A stretch of DNA of 36,500 nt from an uncultured Caulobacterales bacterium (GTDB taxonomy: Bacteria > Pseudomonadota > Alphaproteobacteria > Caulobacterales > Caulobacteraceae), in NCBI GenBank assembly GCA_903889785.1, contig CAISYT010000059.1, positions 1 through 36,500 on the forward strand. Reading direction: 5' to 3'. This document shows positions 10,993 through 22,574 of the stretch, one piece after another; the first letter of the stretch is position 1, and every line of letters starts with the position of its first letter. Both the position numbers and the translations under genes were made by a program. The notes beneath the pieces are model-generated. The model saw only the letters and a program-made list of their open reading frames with translations, made no database searches and was not told the DNA's origin.

Positions 10993-12232
10993 ATTTGAAT
11001 GTCGTCAATTGCTCGGCCCCTACCGGACCGCGGGCGTGGAGTTTGTCAGTGGCGATGCCGATTTCGGCCCCAAAACCGAATTCACCGCCGTCGGCAAACT
11101 GGGTCGAGGCATTGACCAGCACGATGGCGCTGTCGACCGCGGCAATGAAGGCCTCGGCGACCGCGATGTTTTCGGTGACGATGGCGTCAGTGTGGCCCGA
11201 GCCATAGGCCGCGATGTGGGCGGCGGCACCCTCCACGCCGTCGACAATGGCAACGGCGAGGATGGCGTCGAGATATTCCGTGGTCCAGTCGGCCATACTG
11301 GCCGCGTTCATATCCGGGAAGATGGCGCGCGCATCTTGATCGCCGCGCAGTTCGCATCCGGCATCGACTAGAGCTTGAGCAACGGCCGGCAGCAGGTGGG
11401 TCGCGGCCGAGCGATCGACCAACAGGGTCTCGGCCGAGCCACAGACGCTGACCCGTCGCAGCTTGGCGTTCAGCACGATGGCCAAGGTCTTTTCGAGGTC
11501 GGCACCCTTGTCGAGATAGACGTGGTTGAGCCCTTCCAGATGTCCCAGAACCGGCGCGCGCGCCTCCGCCTGCACCCGCGCAACCAGGCTCTTGCCGCCG
11601 CGCGGAATGATTAGGTCTATATTGCGGTCGAGACCCGACAGGATCATGCCCACCGCCGCCCGGTCAGGCGTGGCCACCATCTGCACACAGTCAGCAGGCA
11701 GGCCCGCGGCCTCAAGACCGTCGAGAACGGCGGCATAGATGGCCAGGTTTGTCTCGATACATTCCGACCCACCGCGCAGGATGGCGGCGTTTCCCGAGCG
11801 GATAGTCAGGGCCGCCGCATCAGCGGTAACATTGGGTCGGCTCTCAAAGATCACGGCGATCACCCCGATCGGGGTGCGCACGCGGGCGATATCTAGACCG
11901 TTTGGCCGGGTCCAACGCAGAATCTCCGTCCCGACCGGATCGGGAATGTCGGCGACGGCTTCGACACCCTTGGCCACGCCTTCAAGGCGAGCGGCGTCGA
12001 GCATCAGCCGCTCAATCATTGGCGCGGTCAGGCCATTGGAACCGGCGCGGGAAAGATCAGCCGCATTGGCGGCCAAAATCTGCTCGCTCCGGGCGCGGAT
12101 TCCGGCGGCCATGCCGAGGATGGCGACCGTACGCACGGCCGGAGTCGACAGCCGAAGCGCGCGCGCGCCAGCGCGGGCCGCTTGGCCCATCGCTCGCATC
12201 ACCCCCGCCAAATCGGCTCCGCCGTCGTCCAT
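10958..12232 (-). CDS. proA: Gamma-glutamyl phosphate reductase
   Basis: PIGVIAVIFESRPNVT, IPRGGKSLV, NASTQFADGGEFGFGAEIGIATDKLHARGPVG. Confidence 0.97.
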   Translation of the reverse strand: MDDGGADLAGVMRAMGQAARAGARALRLSTPAVRTVAILGMAAGIRARSEQILAANAADLSRAGSNGLTAPMIERLMLDAARLEGVAKGVEAVADIPDPVGTEILRWTRPNGLDIARVRTPIGVIAVIFESRPNVTADAAALTIRSGNAAILRGGSECIETNLAIYAAVLDGLEAAGLPADCVQMVATPDRAAVGMILSGLDRNIDLIIPRGGKSLVARVQAEARAPVLGHLEGLNHVYLDKGADLEKTLAIVLNAKLRRVSVCGSAETLLVDRSAATHLLPAVAQALVDAGCELRGDQDARAIFPDMNAASMADWTTEYLDAILAVAIVDGVEGAAAHIAAYGSGHTDAIVTENIAVAEAFIAAVDSAIVLVNASTQFADGGEFGFGAEIGIATDKLHARGPVGAEQLTTFKYVVRGSGQIRP

Positions 12233-12293
12233 CGCTACCCCTTATGCTCTTTGTGAGCCTTAGTCCGGCGCGTCAGACTTAGGCTGTATTCTC

Positions 12294-15449
<3,156 letters not shown>

Positions 15450-15462
15450 CTTGCTCTCCTAC

Positions 15463-16101
15463 CTACTTCGTCGCCTTGGGGGCGGCGGGTTTCTTCGCGG
15501 CGGCCTTGGGGGCAGCGGCCTTGGCTTCCGCCTTCGGTGCCGCGGCCTTTTTCGGCGCAGCAGACTTTGTTTCCACCTCAGCGGCCGGAGCAGCCTCGGC
15601 CTTCGGCACGGGCTTGGGCGCAGCGGCCTTCTTCGGCGCGGCAACCTTCGCGGCAGCAGGCTTACGGGCCAGCTTGGCGGCGGTCTTTTCAACGGCGGCA
15701 GTCATGCCGCGCGCCAGGTTGCGGGCACGAGCCTGACGTTCGGCCAGGGGGGTGAGGTCGAGTTCACCGTCCCATTTGTCGGTCTTGCCGAGACCTGCGA
15801 CCGAGAGCACCCGCACAACCGACTCGGCCTGGCGATGCCCTTGGGTGCGGCGATAGCCCTGGCGACGGATCTTCTTGAAGATCTTCACCTTCTCACCCTT
15901 ACGGGTTTCGAGCAGGGCACCGGTCACGAACGCCCCCGCCACGGTGGGCGCACCAACGGTCGCATCGGCGTCATCCCCGATCATCAGCACGTCGCTGAAG
16001 GTCAGGTTAGCACCCGGCTCACCGGCCAGTTTTTCGACAACTAGCACATCCCCAGCTTGAACCCGGTATTGCTTGCCGCCGGTCTTGATCACCGCGTACA
16101 T
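15463..16101 (-). CDS. rplU: 50S ribosomal protein L21 with long Ala/Lys/Pro-rich C-terminal tail
   Basis: MYAVIKTGGKQYRV...KVKIFKKIRRQGYRRTQGHRQ; GGAG-like RBS region. Confidence 0.98.
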   Translation of the reverse strand: MYAVIKTGGKQYRVQAGDVLVVEKLAGEPGANLTFSDVLMIGDDADATVGAPTVAGAFVTGALLETRKGEKVKIFKKIRRQGYRRTQGHRQAESVVRVLSVAGLGKTDKWDGELDLTPLAERQARARNLARGMTAAVEKTAAKLARKPAAAKVAAPKKAAAPKPVPKAEAAPAAEVETKSAAPKKAAAPKAEAKAAAPKAAAKKPAAPKATK

Positions 16102-16173
16102 CGGAGGCTCCGATAATCTCTAAAAGTCGCAAAAAGAATGCGCCCGCGAGGGTTCCGCGAGCGAAGGAGCGGC

Positions 16174-16201
16174 TTTATACAGCGGAAGCCTCCCAAGTCA
16201 A
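16174..16201 (-). promoter_or_regulatory. Sigma70-type promoter for rplU-rpmA
   Basis: Minus strand TTGACT-N16-TATAAA about 70 nt upstream of the rplU ATG. Confidence 0.65.
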
Positions 16202-16336
16202 CGCCGGTTCAGCGCCAGCAGCGTCCGAGCGACAGGCTAGGGGCATGGAATCTGGCCGAGAGGCCGCAGCCAGACTAAGATGACCCGAGTGGCTTGTGCG
16301 CAGCCGAGATCAGCCGCAGCGCATTCCGGAGCGACC

Positions 16337-16548
16337 ATGCCGTCCGCCCGACTATTCTGGTTACCGGCGGTGCCGGCTATGTTGGTGCCCATACCTGCTC
16401 GGCCCTGGCGGCGGCAGGTTTCAGCCCCGTGGTCTATGACGACCTGAGCAATGGTCACGCCGAAGCCGTGCAATGGGGCCCGCTGGAACAGAGTGATATC
16501 CGCGATTCTGCGCGGCTTGATGCCGTGTTCGCTCTCCACGGGCCGGTT
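16337..16548 (+). pseudogene. galE: 5' remnant of UDP-glucose 4-epimerase
   Basis: TILVTGGAGYVGAHTCSALAAAGFSPVVYDDLSNGHAEAVQWGPLEQSDIRD..LDAVF; similarity stops after ~70 codons; the GGAG+ATG at 16337 is one base out of frame. Confidence 0.8.
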
Positions 16549-16882
16549 TACCGCGGTACGGCTCAAAGGGCCGGAGCGTGCGTTTGTGTTCACCCGCCGC
16601 GAGGGCGCTGGCTTTGTGGTCGATTCGGCCCGGCCCAACGATTAGGCGCTGACGACCGCCTTTGCGACGCTTTACAGACGGCGTCTCGACTAGACCCAAA
16701 ACCTGCGAACCAAATTAGCGCGCCTGTGCTCATTATGGTCGCCGACGACTTGGACTTTAGATAGGGCGGACACCGCGGCGAAAAAATATTTGCTTAAATC
16801 TCGACTTTATAGCCCGTTATTTGATAGACGAAAAAAGGGGGGGAGTTAATTTTTCATTTTAGGGATCAATAGGAATAAAATT

Positions 16883-17344
16883 ATGTCTGATGAAAGCCTG
16901 CGTTTGCGTGATCTCGTCGCTGAAGTAGCGGCGGCCTACTTCTCCAATAGCCATGTGAACGCGAACGATATTCCGCATGTGATTTCTCAAATTGCCGCGG
17001 GCTTTATTGCCGTGGGCGGATCGGCCGGCGGATCCGACCCCGCCTCCAGTGAAGGTACTGCACCGGCCAAGGCCACCGCTGCTCAGATTCGCAAGTCGGT
17101 GACGCCAGACGCGCTGATCAGCTTCGAGGACGGCAAATCGTACAAGACCCTCAAGCGCCACCTGACGCTGCGCGGACTGGCACCAGCCGATTACCGCGAA
17201 CGCTGGGGTCTGCCGCACGACTATCCCATGACGGCACCGAGCTACAGCGCCCGACGTTCTGAGCTTGCGCGGTCGCTAGGATTGGGCCGCAAGAGCCAGG
17301 CCAAGCCAGCTGCAAAATCCACGGGCGGCCGCAAGAAGGTCTAA
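16883..17344 (+). CDS. mucR: MucR/Ros family transcriptional regulator / nucleoid-associated protein
   Basis: LVAEVAAAYFSN, IRKSVTPDALISFEDGKSYKTLKRHL, YRERWGLPHDYPMTAPSYSARRSELARSLGLG; AT-rich upstream region. Confidence 0.95.
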   Translation: MSDESLRLRDLVAEVAAAYFSNSHVNANDIPHVISQIAAGFIAVGGSAGGSDPASSEGTAPAKATAAQIRKSVTPDALISFEDGKSYKTLKRHLTLRGLAPADYRERWGLPHDYPMTAPSYSARRSELARSLGLGRKSQAKPAAKSTGGRKKV

Positions 17345-17478
17345 TCGGCCTCGCCGACGCTTTCGAAGACCTGGCGCGGGCGATAGGTGCAGACCTTCGC
17401 CTGGCGTTTGGCACCCTTGAGTTCCGCGACCATGGCGTTCTCGTCGATCGCGTCGACCAGAGTCGCGGCGTTGTGGGG
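17341..17478 (-). pseudogene. Orphan 3' end of an unidentified gene
   Basis: PHNAATLVDAIDENAMVAELKGAKRQAKVCTYRPRQVFESVGEAD-TAG with strong GC3 codon bias that disappears upstream of ~17478. Confidence 0.5.
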
Positions 17479-17480
17479 GC

Positions 17481-17720
17481 GTGAAACTATGGATCTACGA
17501 CCATCGTGACATCGCTCAGTCGGCGCGGGTGCGGTTGATAATCAACTGGCTGCAAGACATGTTCGACCAGAAAGCCAATCCCTGGTTCCAGCCCGATTTC
17601 GTGCACCCAGAAACCTTCGGCGACACAGTGCTTCGTCCGGATTCGTCCGACCGTTCTGGCCGCCGTCTGCGCGCATGGGCCTTTCCTTGGCGCGCACCGC
17701 AGTTTAGGCCAGCACCATGA
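17481..17720 (+). pseudogene. 3' remnant of a LysR-family regulator (end of substrate-binding domain)
   Basis: LWIYDHRDIAQSARVRLIINWLQDMFDQKANPWF resembles LysR C-termini (LW...H.D...SARVR..IDWL); no HTH domain and no RBS. Confidence 0.6.
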
Positions 17721-18688
17721 CCGTCATTGTCACCGGCGCAGCCGGATTTATTGGCCAGGCTGTAAGCCAGCGGCTGCTCGATAGCGGCGAGACCGTGATC
17801 GGCGTCGATCAGTTCAACAGCTACTACGACCCCGCCCTGAAAGAGGCGCGCGCGGCGCTACTGACCCCTAATCCCCGCTTTCGCCTGATCCGCGCTGACA
17901 TTGCCGACGCCCAGGCGATGGAAGACCTAGTCCGCCATACCGGCACCCGGCGCATGGTGCACCTGGCCGCACAGGCGGGGGTGCGTTACTCGATCGAAAA
18001 TCCCTTCGCATACGAGCGCTCCAACCTGGCAGGGCACCTTTCCATCCTTGAAGCCTGCCGCCGCGCCAAGGGCTTCGAGCATCTGGTCTATGCCTCATCA
18101 AGCTCGGTCTACGGTGAGCGGCCGACCAGCGGTGGCGCGTTCACCGAGGACGAGCCGGCGATGCAGCCGGTGTCGCTCTATGCCGCCACCAAGCGCGCCG
18201 GCGAACTCATGAGCACAGCCTACGCCCATCTCCACGGCACACCGCAGACGGGGCTTCGCTTCTTTACCGTCTATGGCCCATGGGGGCGGCCCGATATGGC
18301 CTATTTCTCGTTCACCCAGAAAATCCTGGCCGGCGAGCCGATCGAGGTGTTCGGCATGGGCGAAATGGCGCGCGACTTCACCTATGTGGATGACATCGTC
18401 GACGGGGTGCTGGGGGCGTTGGATCACCCACCGGGCCAGGGCGAAAACCGCATTCTCAACATTGGCGACAACCGCCCTGTGGGGCTGATGACCATGATTG
18501 AGGTGTTGGAAAAGGCACTGGGCCGCGAGGCGAAAAAGCAGTTCCTGCCCATGCAGCCCGGCGACGTAACGGCCACCTACGCCGATATCTCCAAGCTTTC
18601 GGCCCTAACCGGCTATGCGCCAAAAGTTCCGATCGAGGATGGCCTGCCCCGCTTTATCGACTGGCATCGCGCCTATTTCGGCTGGTGA
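17717..18688 (+). CDS. NAD-dependent epimerase, UDP-glucuronate 4-epimerase-like
   Basis: VTGAAGFIG, HLAAQAGVRYS, YASSSSVYG, YAATK, LRFFTVYGPWGRPDMA, RDFTYVDDI, MQPGDV. Confidence 0.93.
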   Translation: MTVIVTGAAGFIGQAVSQRLLDSGETVIGVDQFNSYYDPALKEARAALLTPNPRFRLIRADIADAQAMEDLVRHTGTRRMVHLAAQAGVRYSIENPFAYERSNLAGHLSILEACRRAKGFEHLVYASSSSVYGERPTSGGAFTEDEPAMQPVSLYAATKRAGELMSTAYAHLHGTPQTGLRFFTVYGPWGRPDMAYFSFTQKILAGEPIEVFGMGEMARDFTYVDDIVDGVLGALDHPPGQGENRILNIGDNRPVGLMTMIEVLEKALGREAKKQFLPMQPGDVTATYADISKLSALTGYAPKVPIEDGLPRFIDWHRAYFGW

Positions 18689-19071
18689 CGGCGAACCAAG
18701 GCTGGCGAGGTCTTTGAGGGGCTTATTAACGGTTGAGTCTATTTGTCGGTGAAGACTTAAGGGCCCGCACACTAGACATCACCCGCCAGCGCCCATCGCG
18801 CGCGTGTGGACAGGCCATGAACGTTCCCGCGAAAACATCCGCTTCGATCACCGATGCGCCGCTGCGGCGGGCCGGGGACCTGCGCAAGGGTGGGCCGCGC
18901 GCGCCACAGACCATGCGTCCACTTAGGAAGCCTTGCCGTCGCCGTAGCGGCTGTGGAATAGGTCATGCCCTTATTGCCTTAGGCGAGACTGATGTCATGA
19001 CGTGCGACAACCTAGGCGACATGACGGGTAAGCCGGATGTTTAAGCGCCGCCGCGGTCAGACTTAATACCC

Positions 19072-20070
19072 ATGATCCCGCTTTCAATTCTCGATCTCGC
19101 CCCAATCGTGGAAGGTGGCGACGCCGCTCAGGCCTTCAAAAGCAGCGCCGACCTGGCCCGCCACGCCGAGGCCCTGGGCTACAATCGCTATTGGCTGGCG
19201 GAGCATCACAATTTTCCGGGTATCGCTAGCGCCGCTACCGCCGTGGTTATCGGCCACGTAGCAGCGGCGACCACGACCATCCGTATCGGCGCCGGCGGGG
19301 TGATGCTGCCCAACCACGCGCCCCTGGTCATTGCCGAACAGTTCGGCACCCTGGCAACCCTTTTCCCGGGCCGCATCGACCTTGGCCTAGGCCGGGCACC
19401 CGGCACGGACATGCTGACCGCGCAAGCACTGCGCCGTAGCCTTGCGCCAGGCGATGCGGACAGTTTTCCCAATGATGTCGCCGAGCTGATCCGTTATTTC
19501 GAGCCCGAGCAGGAAGGCCAGCGCGTGCGCGCAGTACCGGGCGTAGGCACAAAGGTGCCGGTCTGGATTCTAGGATCGAGCACCTATGGGGCCCAACTGG
19601 CCGCCATGATGGGCCTTCCCTACGCCTTCGCCTCGCACTTTGCCCCGGCCGACCTCGACCACGCCATCGCTGTGTACCGCGACCGGTTCACACCCTCAAA
19701 GTTCCTCGACCGGCCCTATGTGATGCCGGGTCTCAATGTCACCGCCGCGGAGACAGACAAGGATGCGCGCCTGCTGTTCAGCTCGGTGCAACAGGCCGTC
19801 GTGAACCTTCGCACCGGGCGGCCCGGCAAACTGCCGCCGCCGGTGGAGGGCTATGAAGACCGGCTCGGCGACCCCGAACGCGGCATACTCGACCATGCGC
19901 TGTCCTGCGCCGTGGTCGGATCACCCGCCACGGTGAAGGCCGGACTGGAGGCCTTCTTGGCCCGCACCGGTGCCGATGAACTGATGATCACCGGCCAGAT
20001 ATTCGACCACGCCGCGCGGTTGCGTTCGTTCGAGATCGTGGCGCAGGCGGCCGGGCTAAAGGCTCAGTAG
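19072..20070 (+). CDS. LLM-class (luciferase-like) flavin-dependent oxidoreductase, YhbW-like
   Basis: [54 protein letters not shown]. Confidence 0.93.
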   Translation: MIPLSILDLAPIVEGGDAAQAFKSSADLARHAEALGYNRYWLAEHHNFPGIASAATAVVIGHVAAATTTIRIGAGGVMLPNHAPLVIAEQFGTLATLFPGRIDLGLGRAPGTDMLTAQALRRSLAPGDADSFPNDVAELIRYFEPEQEGQRVRAVPGVGTKVPVWILGSSTYGAQLAAMMGLPYAFASHFAPADLDHAIAVYRDRFTPSKFLDRPYVMPGLNVTAAETDKDARLLFSSVQQAVVNLRTGRPGKLPPPVEGYEDRLGDPERGILDHALSCAVVGSPATVKAGLEAFLARTGADELMITGQIFDHAARLRSFEIVAQAAGLKAQ

Positions 20071-21158
20071 CCGCCAGCCGTCGCGCCGCCCGGTGTCTGG
20101 GCGGGCCGGTCGTCTTGCGGCAAGGCGCGCAGGGTTTCGGCGACGATCCGCAGCGCCTGGTCCACCTCGTCCTGCGTGATATCGAGATAGAAGACAGCCC
20201 GAACGGCGTCGCTTCCCGAGGGCAGCTGCCACAGGCCGCGCTGATGCGCCGCCTCAACATAGCGGTGGGGATGGGTTCGGGTCAGGCGATAGCGGACGAT
20301 ATTGGTCTCGACGGCCGCCGGATCGATGTCGATCCCCTCAATCTGCGCCAGGCCCTGGGCGAACCGGCTGGCCAGAGCATGGGTGTGGCCCAGGCGCGGG
20401 CGATGATGGTCGAGCGCGTACTGTGCACCCGCCGCGATAACGCCCGCCTGCCGGAACCCGCCGCCGAACATCTGTTTAAAGCGGCGCGCGCGGGCGATGA
20501 AATCCTTCGTGCCCAAAAGCAGCGAGCCCACCGGGGCACCCAGCGCCTTCGACATACAGACGCTGACTGTGTCGAACGGCCGCGCGTAATCCGCTTCGGA
20601 AACGCCGGTGGCCGTGGCGGCGTGCCAGAGGCGCGCGCCGTCGAGGTGCGTCGCTAGGCGGTGGCGGCGGCCAGCGTCGGTAACCGCGGTGATCGCCTGC
20701 AGCGGCCACACAGATCCGCCGCCAAAGTTGTGGGTATTCTCGACGCACAGCAGCCGCGTCGGGGCCGTCATCGAGGTGGGGAAATAGGGATGCGAGGCCC
20801 CAATCGCCGCATCGACATCGCCCGCTGTGAATATGCCTCGCGCACCCGCCAGGGGCCGGGGGTTCACGCCCGAAAGCGCGGCAACCGCTCCGTTTTCAAG
20901 GGTGTAGATGTGGGCGTTCTGCTCGATCAGCAAGGAATCGCCCTGCTGGGTATGGGTGCGGACGGCGACCTGATTGGTCATGGTGCCGCTGGGCATGTAG
21001 ACGGCATCTTCCTTGCCGAGCACATCGGCGACCGAGCGCTCCAGCCGGTTGACGGTGGGGTCCTGGCCGTAGACGTCGTCCCCGACTTCAGCGTGGGCCA
21101 TGGCATGCCGCATTTCCGCGGTTGGCCGACTGCAGGTGTCGCTACGAAGATCAATCAT
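20064..21158 (-). CDS. ltaE: Low-specificity L-threonine aldolase (PLP)
   Basis: [49 protein letters not shown]. Confidence 0.9.
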   Translation of the reverse strand: MIDLRSDTCSRPTAEMRHAMAHAEVGDDVYGQDPTVNRLERSVADVLGKEDAVYMPSGTMTNQVAVRTHTQQGDSLLIEQNAHIYTLENGAVAALSGVNPRPLAGARGIFTAGDVDAAIGASHPYFPTSMTAPTRLLCVENTHNFGGGSVWPLQAITAVTDAGRRHRLATHLDGARLWHAATATGVSEADYARPFDTVSVCMSKALGAPVGSLLLGTKDFIARARRFKQMFGGGFRQAGVIAAGAQYALDHHRPRLGHTHALASRFAQGLAQIEGIDIDPAAVETNIVRYRLTRTHPHRYVEAAHQRGLWQLPSGSDAVRAVFYLDITQDEVDQALRIVAETLRALPQDDRPAQTPGGATAGGY

Positions 21159-21215
21159 CGGCTCAGTTTAGAGAAGGTTTGTGCGATCCGTAAGCGGCCG
21201 TTGCAGCTCTGCGCG

Positions 21216-22442
21216 TCAGGCACTGGTGCGCCGGCAAGCCTTATCGATCGCTGCGATAATTCTTTCCATATCGGCGTTGGGATTGGCGGAAACACACCGA
21301 AGCCAGGCGTCCCCGCCTATGATCGCAGACGACGCGAGACCCTGCGGAAGGTCTGCACGAAACGCATCCGTGCGATCCGGCGCGGGTCTGAAAACGGTCA
21401 CACCCGTCCCGCCATCTGGAAAGCATTCAAGGTCAGGGTGAGCCGCGATGAAGGCCTGCAACCGCCGGGCATTATCCATGCAGCGTTCGATCCGCGCGGC
21501 CACGCCCTCGCGTCCCCAGGCCAGAAGCGTCGCCAACAGCAATGTTGCCGCGGCACCGTACGAACCCTGGACGCCAATGTTTGGGGCCGCGAGATAGGCG
21601 CCGCCGAAACTTATCGCGCCGTGGGCCGCCTCGGTCTCACGGAACATGACGAGGGCGGACTCCTTGGGTTGAAAAAACATCTTATGCGCCGAGACCGCGA
21701 CAGAGTCCGCTTGGTCGACGCCGGACAGAACACTCCGATATTGATCTGACAAAGCCAGCGGCCCAGCCCATGCCGCATCAATATGCGTCCAGGCTGCGCG
21801 ACCGCAACACTCCAGGGGATCCACCGCCCCTACGCTGGTCGTCCCAGCGGTGAGAACGAGGCAGGCGTCCGACAGGTCGTGCGGCAATGCCGCCGGATCT
21901 AATCGGTGGCCCTGATCGACGCCGACTTCGACGTAGGGGAGTCCCAAAATCCGAGCCGCCTTACGGACGCTGAGGTGTGACGCCGAGGATGCGACCACCG
22001 TCTTTACGCCCCGCAGATCACGCGCGGCCCACAGGGCCGTTAGATTGGCGACGCTAGAGCCCGGTGTCATATGGCCGCCGTTCATTCCAAAGAACGGTGT
22101 CAGCCAATCGACCGCGCACGCTTCAGCGTGTCGCGCAAACGGCGCCGTCGCGGGGTGCAGCAGGTTCTGGTTTAGGCGGGCGTTCCATAGAGCCAGCGCC
22201 CAGGTAATCCAGGGCGTCGGCGGGTCCATGTGTGCCATCGCCTCGCTTGCGCCGAGATCTGCGGCGCGGCCAAGAACATCTGGCGCAAGGCGCTCCAGGG
22301 CTTCTGCCTCGCCCAGTCCTGTCTCTGGCAATACATTCGGCAAGCCGCCGCGGGGCCCCTCCGAGTCCTTCCGAGCGTCGAGCAAGTCTAGTGCCCGACG
22401 AAGTCCTTCGAGATTGAGGTCAAAGCTTGGGTCTGGCGACAT
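21216..22442 (-). CDS. Group II PLP-dependent decarboxylase family protein
   Basis: PGSSVANLTALWAAR, SHLSVRKAARILGL, TAGTTSVGAVDPL, HIDAAWAG, ADSVAVSAHK (PLP lysine). Confidence 0.85.
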   Translation of the reverse strand: MSPDPSFDLNLEGLRRALDLLDARKDSEGPRGGLPNVLPETGLGEAEALERLAPDVLGRAADLGASEAMAHMDPPTPWITWALALWNARLNQNLLHPATAPFARHAEACAVDWLTPFFGMNGGHMTPGSSVANLTALWAARDLRGVKTVVASSASHLSVRKAARILGLPYVEVGVDQGHRLDPAALPHDLSDACLVLTAGTTSVGAVDPLECCGRAAWTHIDAAWAGPLALSDQYRSVLSGVDQADSVAVSAHKMFFQPKESALVMFRETEAAHGAISFGGAYLAAPNIGVQGSYGAAATLLLATLLAWGREGVAARIERCMDNARRLQAFIAAHPDLECFPDGGTGVTVFRPAPDRTDAFRADLPQGLASSAIIGGDAWLRCVSANPNADMERIIAAIDKACRRTSA

Positions 22443-22574
22443 CCTCGTCTCACTCTCACGGCGGTACCCTTAGACGGCCGTTCACCTCTAGAGCAAGAAA
22501 ACGGACCCGTCACGATGCGCGCGCAACGCCCCCGCAACGGGTCGAATGTCGTCCCGGGGGAAGCGGGGTTGGAG

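Noticed and set aside
16102-16336. Possible tRNA or integration site next to rplU at the edge of the variable region
   Set aside because: No cloverleaf, T-loop GTTCGA motif or CCA end found; no integrase or direct repeats
16294-16764. 156-aa ORF as an intact gene
   Set aside because: Only its middle matches the GalE N-terminus; the rest is read-through across a junction
20661-21749. 362-aa plus-strand ORF
   Set aside because: Antisense to ltaE and the decarboxylase, both of which carry clear family motifs
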